Notes: generated by a model not told the origin, from the sequence alone. A stretch of 62,450 bases of DNA, filler included, from Choristocarpus tenellus KU-1152 (GCA_964200185.2; 9 parts of 9 records of this genome joined end to end with filler, not necessarily neighbours in it), one strand, 5' to 3'; counted from the first letter of the whole stretch, positions 36,117 to 49,508 are shown. Program-made: numbers and translations.

Positions 36117-38304
36117 TGTATGTATGTATGTATGTATGTATGTATGTATGTATGTATGTATACTTACCTCCTTGTTCCTTCCATCAATCAAAAGAGGAGA
36201 GTGCAGCTCAAATGCAAACTCAACATGCTCCGACTTCTTCAGCAAGCAGTGATGCAACAGTATCACCTGGTTACAATCAAGATCACATTTCATGGTTCGT
36301 TTTGTTTTTTTCAAGAAAAAATAAAGGTAATCCATCACCACAATGGACACAAACCCGAAGCAGGAGAGAGCCAGTGAAGAAAGGAATCACCAGCATGTCC
36401 TACACTTGGGGGTAGGAAGCAGAAATATGAAGGAGAGAGATTATCAACACCCAAGAGTACCAACTGTCCTGTCATAACCATCACCATCACCATCACCATC
36501 TACTCTGTACTGTAAACTTCCCCCTCCTCCTACTGCCCTCCCCCTCTGCCATAATTCTCCTTCCTGAATACCTGCTCTGCCTTTCTGTTAGTACATAGCT
36601 AACCCTAACCCTAACCCTAACCCACTACTATTAACACCATATATGTAACTACATACTACCTACAGTACATGAATCAAACTAACCAATAGGAGAGGGTCAT
36701 GCGTTTTGGCAGTTTCGTGCAAAACTCAAACTATTTTTTTAAAAAACTCTGATGATAAAACAAGAAAAAGACATTCAAAACAGCAAGTTGATGAGGACAT
36801 TGTCCTTCAACAAAGCGAACCCAGTTACAACAACCAAAAAGGCACTCCAAATATGGGGACTGACCACTCCAAAACTTTTTTTTCGTTATAAAATCAGAGT
36901 TGTCCTTACAATTCACCACCACCCTCCTCTCTCGGATACTTCAACAATATATATACTCTTCAATAATATATATACTTCATCAATATATATATGCTTCATC
37001 AATATATATACACTTCATCAATATATATGCTTCAATAATATATATCCTCTTCCCATTTTTTCGTTATTACTATTATTATTATTATTATTATTAAAATATA
37101 CCTCATCCATATATATATATACTTCAATAATATATATGCTTCATCAATATATATACTTCAATAATAGAGACAGTAAATAGCGTGCAGAGTATACAGCATT
37201 ATAAAACACTACACAGCGATATGGAACCTTTAATTACACACATAGAGTTGGTTTTGATTTGGAAAAGGCAACACAAACACACACATACACACACACACAC
37301 ACACAAAGTAATAATTCTATCAATGCACTCTGCTGTAAAAGTTGTGTCATAGTAAGAGCACGTAACACTTAGCAGAAAAGGGTCCAATACTAGTCTCTGG
37401 GTACAAAAAAATATAAATCCGTATGGATGGTTGGATGCCTAGCTTTCGAAAAAACATACGTATGTTCAAAATACAAACGGTCAAGTCTGAATATGTGAAT
37501 TTAAGTGTTTCCAAATAAATAGATGTCCAGTTCCCCACACACACACATATATATATATTAGTATGTTTCTCTATGTATATATACATAAATATTTTGCACA
37601 CGAAAATTCCCTTCTACACAATTATGAATAAAAAAAGATCAAGTCTGAAGCAGAAAAAACATAAAAAGTTACACACTTCAAAATACGGTACAGACAATTT
37701 ATACTATACGAACACATGAGTACACATGAGTACACATACACAATGCTACCACTATTCTGCAGGTGAGGTATGTCAAACGTCAACCCTAGAAACAAATACA
37801 TACACTTACAAGAAGATAATGTGCATGCACCTATGCACCACACAGCACTATACAGGTGCTTAAGTCTCAGCGTACCCCCCAAAATGTCCTAAAACATACC
37901 TAATCTTACATCACAACAAGTACAAATACAATAAAAACAAAAACACATGGAAACCTCCATAGATAATACAACGTGGAGTTCCACATGTACAATTGAAATG
38001 CATATTCCTACACATACATATTATAAACATAAAAAAATTGAACCCCTAAGAAATTATTTCTTATTTTGGAGTACTCACGTTGAAGTAAATTACTATCAGT
38101 ACTATTATACCGCTACTACCCCCATTACTATTAGATAGGTGAACACACAACTATAACCCCAAACTATATACACTGACCTTGGAAGGCGAAGTATCAGTCT
38201 TCTTGTGATAGTAGCACAACGCCGGACCCTCCTCCCCCGCCTCCCCCGCCTCCGGCACATGGTGTTTCAAAACACACCATCTCTTCAACCAGCGATCGGT
38301 TTCC
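29685..38304 (-). CDS. PH domain + ankyrin repeat + AIDA-type C2 domain protein, 3' part including stop
   Basis: Phase-consistent exons (-): 38178-38304, 36168-36266, 35359-35462, 34701-34869, 33220-33486, 31969-32217, 31631-31750, 29685-29891. PH: RWLKRWCVLK...LCYYHKKTD...FAFELHS...RLYFSAVDEVELQHWM. ANK: NKEGETPLHLAA...ASWLLESGADPEAEDLVGDKP. C2-AIDA: KPFLTISVFNSKGKLTEAQQD...MQTPLETLEAGSLVVVELK...IAWG...MYLPPTDP. Confidence 0.8.
30326..31538 (-). mobile_element. hAT-like DNA transposon 5' remnant in an intron
   Basis: Minus strand starts CAGGGCTTCTTCC at 31538. Subterminal array of (CTAGT)GGACATGGACC motifs at 31080-31450 includes a ~70-bp near-duplicate. Downstream decayed ORF contains FRCRTC. 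No opposite terminus found. Confidence 0.5.
33045..33088. repeat. Interstitial telomere-like (CCCTAA)n tract
   Basis: AACCCTAACCCTAACCCTAACCCTAACCCTAATCCTAATCCTAA in an intron. Confidence 0.85.
34261..34682. repeat. 22-bp minisatellite, ~19 units
   Basis: (A/C)TGACACGGGACTGATACA(TAA/GGA) head-to-tail, no spacers; starts ~20 bp into the intron after the ankyrin exon. Confidence 0.95.
35875..36160. repeat. ~190-bp dispersed repeat flanked by (CAGA/CA)n and (TATG)n; second copy at 37275-37465
   Basis: TTCTATCAATGCACTCTGCTGTA...TTAGCAGAAAAGGGTCCAATA.TAGTC.CTGGGTACAAAA...ATATAAATCC.TATGGATGGTTGGATG is shared by both copies. Confidence 0.8.
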
Positions 38305-38308
38305 CTGT

Positions 38309-38560
38309 GTTCCACATGAAGATTAAAATTTGAAAGAGAATAATGTTCCACATGAAGATTAAAATTTGAAAGAGAATAATGTTCCACATGAAGATTAAAA
38401 TTTGAAAGAGAATAATGTTCCATATGAAGATTAAAATTTGAAAGAGAATAATGTTCCACATGAAGATTAAAATTTGAAAGAGAATAATGTTCCACATGAA
38501 CATTAAAATTTGAAAGAGAATAATGTTCCACATGAACATTAAAATTTGAAAGAGAATAAT
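38309..38560. repeat. 36-bp minisatellite, ~7 units, abutting a 3' splice site
   Basis: TGTTCCACATGAA(G/C)ATTAAAATTTGAAAGAGAATAA repeated; on the minus strand the last unit runs into CAG|exon at 38304. Confidence 0.95.
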
Positions 38561-39125
38561 TTGACAGTAATGGTATGGTTCGAATGAAGGAGTTTGGAAG
38601 AGGAAGAGCAGGCAGGGGAGGAGGGGGAAGATAAGTAAGGCGTTGGCAATGTACACGTGGAGGGCAGGGTAGCCCTAACCTCAACAAAAATTGCAACTAC
38701 ACAATTGAAAGCTATTTTAAAGGAGAAAAAGCGTAGGGAAGAAACCAGCAATGAAATCAACAAGACACACCTAGAAGAAAAACACGACGAGAACATTTAG
38801 TAGGGAAGGAAACAAGAACCCCTATAAATTTTGACACACACAGTTTCGAGGTAGCAAAAAGCTCGGGAAAACACAACTGGGGAGAATAACAATATGATAA
38901 TACCTTACCATAATTTGAAGGGAAATGAACAATATTATATAATACGCTGCTTCAGCACACACCATCTCTTCAACCACCAATTGGTAAATTAGACACATCA
39001 AACGATCTATATCAAAAGCTCTAAGGACCTGAACCTCTCCCCCCCTCACCAAACAAACTCCCCCCCCCCCCCACGCATCCACCCCCCGCCCAGCGTCCCG
39101 ACCTGCCGACGGCACCGAGAAAAAA

Positions 39126-39225
39126 NNNNNNNNNNNNNNNNNNNNNNNNNNNNNNNNNNNNNNNNNNNNTTAATTAATTAANNNNNNNNNNNNNNNNNNN
39201 NNNNNNNNNNNNNNNNNNNNNNNNN
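39126..39225. other. Artificial contig linker
   Basis: N44-TTAATTAATTAA-N44. Confidence 0.98.
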
Positions 39226-41070
39226 CCCCCCCTTCGCATCAAACATTACGATACGTTATCATGGCAATCAATCCCTCCAAACCAATGTCACGATACCGGA
39301 TTTAAAAAAAAAAAAATCAAATTCATCACGCCCACTCCTCTTTCTCACAACGACAGTAGTAGTCTCATATTTATTTATTTTGGTTTCACCCTCTCTCACA
39401 CTTTGTACATTCATACATATCTATCTGATGGGAAAAAAAAAATTGAATCGAAACCGAGTTCAGTTACCCATCACCAAGAGCAGTAGTCGCATAGATGCAA
39501 CCCTCCACCTACACTACTACTAGGAAGCACATACGTTTTATGGTTTGGTATACAGATAGTCGAAGTTTCTTTCTACCTGGTCTTGAAGTGGCACCTCCAT
39601 TGTTATTTATTATTGCCTTACATCTTCTATCAACGCCTCTCCGAACCATTCTTGACAATAATAATACCGCTGTTTTTTTACTGTTATTTTCTTTTTCAAA
39701 AGGAGTGCCAATAATAAATAATGCTGTATTTTGATACTGATGATGTCTGTTGAGGTTTTGAAAAAAAAAAAAGACTGACGTTCACCGGATCGAAAATTGA
39801 ACTCTCAGAACATTTTTTTGGGGGAGCATATTATCTGTTCCTTCAAACAGATCAATAATAGGACAGATTTGTGGACGAGAAAGAGAGCCTGAAAAATGGG
39901 CTGTGATAATGTAGAAGAGATTTGTTAAGATCAGTCTCCTACCTCTTGAATGATTCTTTAATCAAGACGATTCAAACAATTCAATTTGCAAGCAATATAC
40001 ACTACTACTAGTAGTGTGAGTAGGAAGTACTCACACAAAACCCGCTACATGTATATACATATATGTTGGTTATGTAGCATGTACGAATGTCATTGTTATT
40101 AGTGTGCGTGCGCAATTGGTGAGCAAGTATTTAGAGTCCACATTGTCCTAAGGTATTGATTGCCATGGTCACCTATGTGTCCGCATGTACTAGAGGGATA
40201 TTGAAAACACCTACCAAGTCATGATGCCTTCCTAGTTCCAAGTTCGATCCTTACCTCGAATGCACCAACATGTCCATTTTATTATTATTATTATTATTAC
40301 TGTAGTAATGGACACTCTTGAGTACATAGTGATCCAATTCAGGGACTCGGAAAAACAATGTCAAATCCGGTCGATAGCTCCCAATTACATACACCTAGCT
40401 CTCTGGGTTGTCTCTCAAAGCCATTCATACGTACAAGAACTGGCTCAGAAGTTGAAGGAGGGATAAGTAAGTGCCTTGAAGATATCATTCACCAAATATG
40501 GTGTTGATAGTATTAAAATTGTTGGCAGTTTGTGTACTCTCAGAAAAGGGGCAACCATGAATTGACTATGAAAAATATATATATATATATTGTACTTGAA
40601 CATGACACTACGCAGGAGTAGCAATACCAAGTAAAACACACATTGAACATCTAGTTACTTCGTAGTCTGTGTTGCTTCAGAGTAATTTCAAGTCAGTCTG
40701 TCTACATAGTTCTTTGTTTACTGTTCTGAGATTCACATAACATGTGTGTGTGTGTGTGTGTGTGTGTGTTGGTGTGTAGAGCAAGGTCCATGATGTGTGT
40801 GTACTCTGAGTATATACCCTTAACGTAAACCGATAGAAGAGCAGTAGTATGAATTTATACTATATACTGGGTGGCAAGTACTCCATACGAACACTGGTTT
40901 CATTCTCGAATAGAGAGTAGATAATGATTGTCGGAGTTAGAAATGAGGTCGTTGAGCAGCATTCTGAACAATTGCACATAGGATGCCACACTTGGTGTAT
41001 CATTACATAAACAAAACCCCATTCATGTGTGTGTACTACAACAGCAGTGAAAGCAGGAGGGAGGTCTTAC

Positions 41071-41861
41071 AGTTGATCGGAAGGGCTTCCTCCACAAGAC
41101 AACAAAACAAATGGGCCATGTGTGATAGGTGATGATCATCAGGTTCCTCGTGGAAAACAGACGCCAAAGGACCTTTCAATTCCCACGATCCTCTACACAC
41201 AGCTTTTTAACAGTGCTTAAACAAGACAGAGCCGTTCACTTTGGTGCACCAGTCAAGTCAGATACGCTAACCCTAACCCTAACCCTATAAACCCTGTTGG
41301 GGCTATTCTCATCAGCAGCTAAAAATTGGAATATTGTATGTTTATTTTCACAAAACAGCAACAAGAAATATCCCTGTCCTTAAAACGTTTCAGAACAATG
41401 TGCTGCAAGATAAAGGACAAGAAAAATATACATAATTCGGAGAAATCTCACCAAAATTGAAGTAGGGTGATAAGGCAAGAAACATTATTTTTAGATGGAA
41501 AATTTCTCACCTCTTCATAGCCTTTCTTTAAAGTCAGATTTAAAAAATATACTCCATATCTCTTATTTGCCGCATTCTTCAACAATATTCCTGTCGTTAT
41601 CATTTATATGATACAAAACACTTTAGGAACCTTGGGATGAAACCTTTTTCTTTTTTTTCTTTCCTCTTCTCCTTTTGCCGATCAACATTCATACATCCCT
41701 TACCCCTAGTCCCTAACAAAACTGTCCAGCTTGTAAGACCGCACTCGGGGGCACCTCACCTTCAAGGTCCACACCCATTCGTCATTAACTGACGAGACGG
41801 CCCAATCCAACCAATCACATACCACCGTATAAAACGACATGCCAAGAGTCCAACCAACCAA
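41071..41861 (-). CDS. Candidate exons of an unidentified gene
   Basis: AG/GT-bounded open segments 41760-41861 (LVGWTLGMSFYTVVCDWLDWAVSSVNDEWVWTLK) and 41071-41192; no recognisable motif, and the phases do not obviously join. Confidence 0.3.
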
Positions 41862-42049
41862 CTGAGAAGAGAGGTAGGGTCAGGGTTGCATTTCAAGGGT
41901 TCCCAAGAAAGGACAATAAGACGAGATTTCTTGTACAGTCGTAGAAATCACCTTTGCTTCATCGTCATGTCAATTTGCATGTATATAAAAGGGGGGGGGG
42001 GGGGGGGGATATCAATTTCATATCAAATACTGTATCGTTTGTGCACACA

Positions 42050-42149
42050 NNNNNNNNNNNNNNNNNNNNNNNNNNNNNNNNNNNNNNNNNNNNTTAATTA
42101 ATTAANNNNNNNNNNNNNNNNNNNNNNNNNNNNNNNNNNNNNNNNNNNN
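42050..42149. other. Artificial contig linker
   Basis: N44-TTAATTAATTAA-N44. Confidence 0.98.
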
Positions 42150-42687
42150 GGGGGGTGGGAGGGGGGGGGGGAGGGAGGTGGGGCTTTGTAACACATGAAT
42201 CAATAGGTTCTGTTGTAGTCATTCAAGGTTGCATTTCTTCTTTGCACCCCCATAGATAGAGCTCTATACTGCAATCCAGTATCCACAATAATAGAACACA
42301 GGGAAGTTAACTTAGAAGAGATAAGAGTCAGTGGAACAGTATGACCAACTGTGAAGGAAACCGATGTCTGTATGAAGAATTGAATATATACTGCCGTTGG
42401 TATCTTGGTATATTTCTGGCATACATTACAAGGTCATACTGATATGTGGATCCCCCCCCCAAATCTGGTTGGCGGGAATCTCCAACCTGTCCTTATAATG
42501 GGGGTGCTGCTGATTGTTGGGCTACATTTGCTTTGCTGAGTATCAGATTTGTACACGACAGCCAGCAGCAAGACCGAGGAATCACAAACAAAGTTTATTT
42601 TAATTCAGTATATTTTAATTCAGTTTATTTTAATTCAGATCGTGCTTTTTTTGTTGTTATTAACATTTTTTTTTCCTGAATAAAAAG

Positions 42688-45600
42688 GTGTCACATGTTT
42701 TTAGTGACAAGACCGGAACCCTAACTGAGAACATCATGGAGTTCCGCAAGTGCAGTGTGGGAGGCGTGTCGTATGGAAGGGGTGTCACAGACATTGGACG
42801 GGCGGTTATGCAGCGTCGGGGGGAGGAAGTTCCACCGGAGGACCTGGTGAGGGAAGAAAGAACAAAGAATAATTATGGATTTCAGTGAGAGTATAGGTTG
42901 AGAGTATGAGCTTTTAAGATGCAGAGAAATTTCTTCCTCTTAGCTTTGAACAATATTTTTTACTGTGATACATGTCCTGTGTTTCACATAATTGAGGATA
43001 CATATATTTTCCATTTTTTGTTGTTATTGTTACTAGAATAACATGGCCCCTGTGGAAGTGAGATGAAATAGAGCACCTAAGCATGGAGCACAAGAGCATG
43101 AGCACGAGCGCAGGCAGGGACACCTGTCATGCTGGTTGTAGTGCAAACGCCTCTTGTTTCTTTACAAACGATTCCCACGGTGGCATCAAGTTGATCATAA
43201 CTGCTTGGGAGTTTTTAACTTGCCCCACGCTCGTGTATTGTCTTCTCATACTGTTGCTCAGGTTATCCCACCTCCCTGTGAATGTCTGCCTTTATCCCAA
43301 TGTCAATTGCTCTCACCGAGTCCATCCCTATGTCCCTACTTTACTCGACTCCCTCCTCTGCTTGTTGTGGTGTGGCGCATACATGGCGGTGATCCGTGCT
43401 GTGATCTGTATGCAATGGGGCTTGTGTTTGAACTACGCTGCATGTTTTTTTTTGTACAGGAGGCAGAGCATGTGATTGCAGAGGGGGCGGTTGTACCTCA
43501 TGTTCGCTTCCACGACCCACAAATGTTTTCTGACCTGGCAGGGGCACGAGGTGAGCGCTGATTGAAAAGAACCAGGCACATGTACATGTATGTATGTGTG
43601 TGTATACATCTGTTCCTACAGCTCTTTCTTTTAATTTTTATCCCAGACTGCAGGAAGTGAGTAGTACAGACAATAGTGAATTCTTCAACTTGGTGACTTG
43701 ATTTTGCTTGTTATCGGCATACCCCATTGTTCTTGTTGCTGCCCTTGATAGTACTGCCTTAGACCCTATGTAGAAAAAGTTTGTGGGGGAGGGGGGGGAA
43801 CTGGGGTTTGGAGGAAGAGGAGGGAAATGTAGTTTGGTACCGAAGGTGATTTTTTTTATTTAGCACCAGCCCTGATATTTCCTATTTTGTTGATCTGAGA
43901 TCCAATCGCCTGCCCTTCATGTACCAACTCTGTCTAAATTTTGTTCACAAAATGCTTATGGTTTTAGTCACCCATATGCCATTCCCACTGAGTATGTAAG
44001 GCATCATTACAATGCCCCTGATAAATATGTACAAACTTTTGGGGGGATGCTGTGGCTATATTTCATGCTAAACATTGCTGTAGTTTCTAAAGACAAGCGG
44101 AAGCTCTACCCTACCGTTAAATATCAAAATGGTTCCTTGTGTTCCTTTTTTTTTTCCTTGCGCAGGAGAAAAACACAGAGCACTCATGGCAGATTTCTTG
44201 CTTTGCCTAGCTCTGTGCCACACGGTTATCCCTGAGCATGCTGTGGTTAATGATCAAAAGGAGGATGGGGGGGAGCAGTTGGGGGAGGTGGGGGAAGAGG
44301 AGGGGCAGCCGGTGCTGTCGGCATCAAGTCCTGACGATGAAGCTCTGGTATGATTCACATACATACATCCATACATAAATAGGCTGGTTGTAAAGAGTTC
44401 TTTAGCTTGTGTGCATTATGCAGTATGGCTGGGGTCTGTGCTTCCAGTGTGCTATTGATACAAACTCTGTACAGGTAATTAATAATTAGCACACTTGCTA
44501 TATTCTTCGCAAGCATATTTGACACAAATAGCCGTCACATCAACATCTCCATGACTTCAATCCCTCCCCCCCCCCCCCCCCCCCCCGTTTTTCCCTTTCC
44601 AGGTCCTTGGTGCACGGTACTTTGGGGTTGATTTTAGAGACCGTGTTGATGACTTTGCCTGTGTGAGGTGGTCTGGTCCACTACTTGATCCTTTGGAGCC
44701 TGTACTTGGAGGTGTTAGTACTGCTGGTGCAATGTCAGGAACCCTCAACGGAAGGAGGCAGGAGGTTCTAGGGGGGGCAGGAGCAGCACCTGAGGGAGCA
44801 AGAGCAAGGTGTGAACAGAAGTGGGGAGGAGGTGGGCTTCCTGCTGCTGTCAATAATTTTGTTTGTTTCAAAGGATGAGTGGACAGGGTATGATATTAAT
44901 GCGAAGGCATTCTCTTTCGACCTTCTCCCCCAACATGTGTTACAGGACCTGGTGATGCTGCTCTCCTGCCCCAAGACAACAGACCATAGAATGCACACCT
45001 TGAACCTGAACTAATTTTTTTTCCAGCAGTAAGACTATCACAAGGATCCCTGTTGTGCTGATAGAGGCAGGGGTTTGTACCACCCCCATGGAGTTGTGTT
45101 TTTTGTGGGTAAATGCTTTGAAATAGTTGTAAAGAATTCTGCCCATAAAAATACCCAGGTTTTTGGTGTGTGCAGAGAGTATTTTGGGGGGAGAGCTAGA
45201 AGGTTCTCCTCCAGTACATGGTTTGTATTCTGACCCTTGATTTTGATTAAAAGGATGGAATGTCCTCCTTTATGGAGGATTACTGGTTAATGTATTTGAC
45301 CTGGTTTTTGTCAATTGTCTAATTTTGATGTTTATTGTCAGTTCCAATAATGTATCAAAATGTGTCAATTTTTTTTTATGAATGAAACAGTGACTGTGTC
45401 AAACACACTAACTTTCTTCGCTGCAGGAAGCCAGCAAACCTCTTAAAAGAAAAAAGAAAAAAAGGGCACGACCAGATGGAAACTGTGTGTTTTGTTGCTT
45501 GTGCTGTGCCGACTGATGCCAGTGGTGGGGGGTTTGAGAGCTCCACTTGGGTTTTGCAATGCATGACCCCCTCGCTTCGACTTCTTTGAGAGGAGTAATT

Positions 45601-45891
45601 GCAGTCCTGACCTAGTTGTTGAAATTCCAATCTCCAAGTGTTACACCTATCATACTACTGTTGATGCTACTACTGCAACAGAGTTGTACGTGTAGGTTCT
45701 TTGTGTTCTTGTTATTTTTGTTGTACCTTTTATGCGCTTGTCTTTTCTTTGTACCCTCTTGTGTCTTCTTGCATTTTGTCTCGTCTCTGCCACTTTCGAA
45801 GGTATGTGGATGAACGGTATGAGATCTTGAGGATACTGGACTTTACCAGCTCGCGAAAGAGAATGAGTGTCATTGTGCGGGATCCCACTGG
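42688..45891 (+). CDS. P4-type ATPase (phospholipid flippase), P/N-domain exons
   Basis: Exons 42688-42846, 43460-43550, 44166-44347, 44603-44808, 45802-45891: [65 protein letters not shown] are diagnostic P4-ATPase motifs. Confidence 0.95.
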
Positions 45892-45956
45892 GTGAGAGAA
45901 ACTGTTTCTGAGGGCCGTCGAGTGGGGGAAGTGTGTGTGGGGGGGGGGGGGGGGCG

Positions 45957-46056
45957 NNNNNNNNNNNNNNNNNNNNNNNNNNNNNNNNNNNNNNNNNNNN
46001 TTAATTAATTAANNNNNNNNNNNNNNNNNNNNNNNNNNNNNNNNNNNNNNNNNNNN
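45957..46056. other. Artificial contig linker
   Basis: N44-TTAATTAATTAA-N44. Confidence 0.98.
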
Positions 46057-46880
46057 CCTCTCCCTGATCCCCCCTGCCCCCTGTCCTTCGCCAACAGCAA
46101 CCCCCCCAACCCCAAACAAGATATTAACAGAGGGAGTTGCTTGGATGTACCAAAGGATGGTTGATCGTGATGGCAATAACCAATGGGAGTGCAAGCAATT
46201 GTGGACCAGGCTACCCTCCCTGAACACAAATCTAAGGTTAGGGTTGCAGCCTCGTTGCCTCTTGGGTAAAGCAAAGTCCTAAGAGCAGGAAAGAACAGGC
46301 AACCCACTTGATAACCTAGTTACAAAGTCTCCAAATAGGGCCTAGTAGAGTATACTTAGTAGAGTAATTTCCTTCAATGTGATGGTTGCAATACACAAGA
46401 GTGCACATGGCTGCTAAGTGCAATAGTGCACGTGGAATTGCTATGTACCAGCTGCAAGAACAATGGTCAACTACCCACCCCAGAAAGGTCCAATGATTCC
46501 TTCTGTCTTTCCTTTCAATGGCAGCAGCGAGCAGCTCAACTTCACAATCACTCTAACTCATATTGCCACAGGCACTCATTACAAGATGCCACCTTCGCGG
46601 CCCTCTTCAAAGCACAGTCCAATATTTCCCCTTAGTGCTACCTTGAAATGCCTCCATCTGCTGCTGTTCCATTACCAAATATCAGACAAACATTAAACTA
46701 GATAAAATCACTCCTAGGAAAAAATTGTGCAGCACTTCACCTCCATCCTCTCCCGAACAAAAGTCTGCAAATGCATGTACAAACACAACAACACCATCTA
46801 CCCTAGGGCAACAAGTTGACAAAATCCCATCCCCTCCCCCCTCAAAACAAAACAAAAACAAAATTAAAGAGTATACTCAC

Positions 46881-49087
46881 CTTTGGTTTTTCTTCCTCTG
46901 AACAGAACCACCTCTTCAGCTTTGCTAGGCCCTCCAATGCCTCCCCTACATCTATGATCTCACCCACTTCCAGGACAGCCCCCCTGGTAGCCAAATCTAG
47001 CTCCTTCTCCACTGACATGCACCCTTGGAGGGGCACAATATTAGGAGATGGCAGGCGCATCACCTCATTTACCCGCTCATACAGCTCATTTACCTGTTGA
47101 GTAATTCATCCATCAATCCATCCCAACAATAACACCCCAACATTATTTGAAAACAGGGAGGCATGGAGGAAAAGTTGAGGGGGAAAGTGTGGGCACTACA
47201 GTTGTACTTCAAGAACAGAAGCAGAGCAGCCTGGGGGGGTGGGGAAAGTAGAAATGAAACAAGCAAAGGTGACCAAGTAACAGCAACAGCTGCAGCAGCA
47301 ATGCGCAAAGTTGTTGTGTCTTCAGAGACCTAGTAGTATCCTTCGAACCTTGGTGCAACACTGCTTAGTTCGAATGCAAGGTGGGCCCTCAAAAGAAACA
47401 AGATAGCACATTTCTAGCCTACCAGTTTCATTATCTCTGGGACTAATTGAGCAATGTACTGCCGTGCCACAGCATGCTATATGCAATGAAATCGAGATGG
47501 AGAGATCGATGGTGCTCAAAATGTGGGCGCAAGTAAGCAAGGTGGTAGTCAAGGTACCTAAGGAGGTTTATGGTCTTTCTCATCTCGTGGGCTTGCCTGT
47601 ATCATGCATACCGTACTGTGGTGCTAAAGGTGAACAGCATAGAAAACACAATCCAAAAACTCAAGTGTATTGTATAAAAGGATTCTAATAGGTGTATTCA
47701 CAGTAAGGTGGTGATATTTCTAGATGAGGTTCAGAGTCTAACCAACAGAAGCAGGCAACTGAAGTGCATTGCATTGCCAACTAGAGAATAGTGTGGAATT
47801 GCTAATACAATACCACCGTACTGCTTGACAAGGTTGAGACTGACTGCTTGACAGTGCCTTCTTCAAGCATGAAGGTCGGGGTCACCTGAACACCTACGCT
47901 TGGGAGAAAAACTCGATGTTGTTGTGGGGTGCTTGGAAGAACCAGTGATACAGGAGGAAAGGGAGCAGGGAGTGTGCTGACTGGGAGGTGCACGACAGTG
48001 CAAACATCACAGAGTATGAACACCTTTGCCACCAAGCCTTTTCATATTATTGGAACTGCTGCACCCTCACCATTTTAGCTCTAGCAACCATCTATTTGCC
48101 GAATAATATCCTGCATGCTGTAGTCAAGGTTGAGGGTGCGCTAGGTTTGTCCCTTGTAAAGAATATTTGTTACTCGAGAGACCGGCCAACAGTAAACAAC
48201 CCACATATCCTACCATTCTCTGGGTTACTCACCTCTTCAAGCGTTTCTTTGAAGTCTGGTACCACCGCCAGTTTCCGGCCCATCTCCGTGTTACACTCCT
48301 TCGACAAAGCATTCAGCACCACACCGAAGTCTAGCGACTCCCATGTACGGGCAAAAAGGTCGACGCTGCTCCTTGCCAGCACCTGATCTTCCCCCTCACC
48401 CTTGACACCTCTCTCCAAATCCACTGTACTTGTGCTTGCTGTGCCCTCCTCACCTTCACGGTCCCTACCTACTCGCAAAGGAGATCGAAGCACCTCGTCC
48501 TCCCTATCCTTCACCTCGTCCCCAATGGTATCCAACCCCGTTGCAGCCACTGAAATGGATGGGCGTCCACGACACTTGCGACCAACCTGGATACTTGATG
48601 ACCATCCTCCATTAGTTTTGGACACGATACCTCGTGAATGTGACATACAACTTTCCTGCCTACTAAAGGGCCAACAAGACGAAAACGGGAAGGGTGGATA
48701 CGGGCCACGAGGAAAATTTCAAGACGTTTCCCTTTGAGGGTTGGAGATAAAGCACCGACCAAGACAGTTAAATTTGTCGTCACAAAGCTCAAGATGCTGA
48801 ACTTGTGAGAGAGGTAGCATCTGACACACTTATTATTGTGGGATTGGCCACATCTTCTTCGGAAACCTTAGCTCATTCGATTTATTGGATAAGGGCCGCA
48901 AAAGGATTGCTGTCTTGGTCCCATTTTGACATGATGTATCTCACCCTAAACAAAGGCGACCACCATGATGTCGCACTGAAGGCCCATACCTAAGCAATCC
49001 ATGGCTAGCTTTCAAGCTGGGAGGACTCATGAGAGAATCCCCACCAAGAAAGAGAGCAACACATAGGACAATAGAAGGCACGGACAT
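46881..49087 (-). CDS. mutS2: MutS2-like protein, N-terminal exons, with probable organellar presequence
   Basis: Exons 46881-47093 and 48233-48662, with a putative first exon from ATG 49087. TWESLDFGVVLNALSKECNTEMGRKL...ETLEEVNELYERVNEVM...PLQGCMSVEKELDLATRGAVLEVGEIIDVGEAL matches the MutS2 N-terminal pattern (LE/DF..V...L...a.T..G...; PL.G..DI...L..A..G..L...EL..I). Confidence 0.7.
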
Positions 49088-49508
49088 GTTGGGAGGAGTC
49101 GTTGCTGTGTATGAGTCACAGCCTTTCTTTTACCATTTACCCTTCTACCCCTGGTCAGCATACGAACTCCTCCAATTCAATTATAAGTCACCAGGATGTT
49201 GAAAGAGGAAGTAGATTCCGCAAGCAAGAACATGGAAAGGGACAGAGAAGCAACACCGCAACACCACCTTGATGGTGGGTTGACGTTTGCAATGTTCACC
49301 GCCTCATTCGTTTTGATCGAAAAGTTATTGTTTGAACCCTTGAAAGTCAAGGTCTAGCACACAAAAAAATCAATACATCAATACGAAGAGAAGTGGACTG
49401 TCGAAATACCGGTAACGGTTATTTCAGACAGGTAGCGGTGAAGCACGATTAACTTATCGGTGAATAGCCATCCTGTCCATTTCCTGATACTTCACCAAAC
49501 TTGAAAAT
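49088..49508. promoter_or_regulatory. Putative bidirectional promoter between MutS2 and RABL3
   Basis: ~420 bp between divergent start codons on the same contig; inferred from gene arrangement only. Confidence 0.4.

Noticed and set aside
38305-38696. HVEHYSLSNFNL repeat protein
   Set aside because: It is a 36-bp intronic minisatellite upstream of a good CAG acceptor.
42594-42638. Three 15-bp repeats ending in CAG as alternative acceptors for the P4-ATPase exon
   Set aside because: The AAG at 42685-42687 gives the clean conserved frame, and a TGA precedes it in frame; without RNA data this is only a small tandem duplication.
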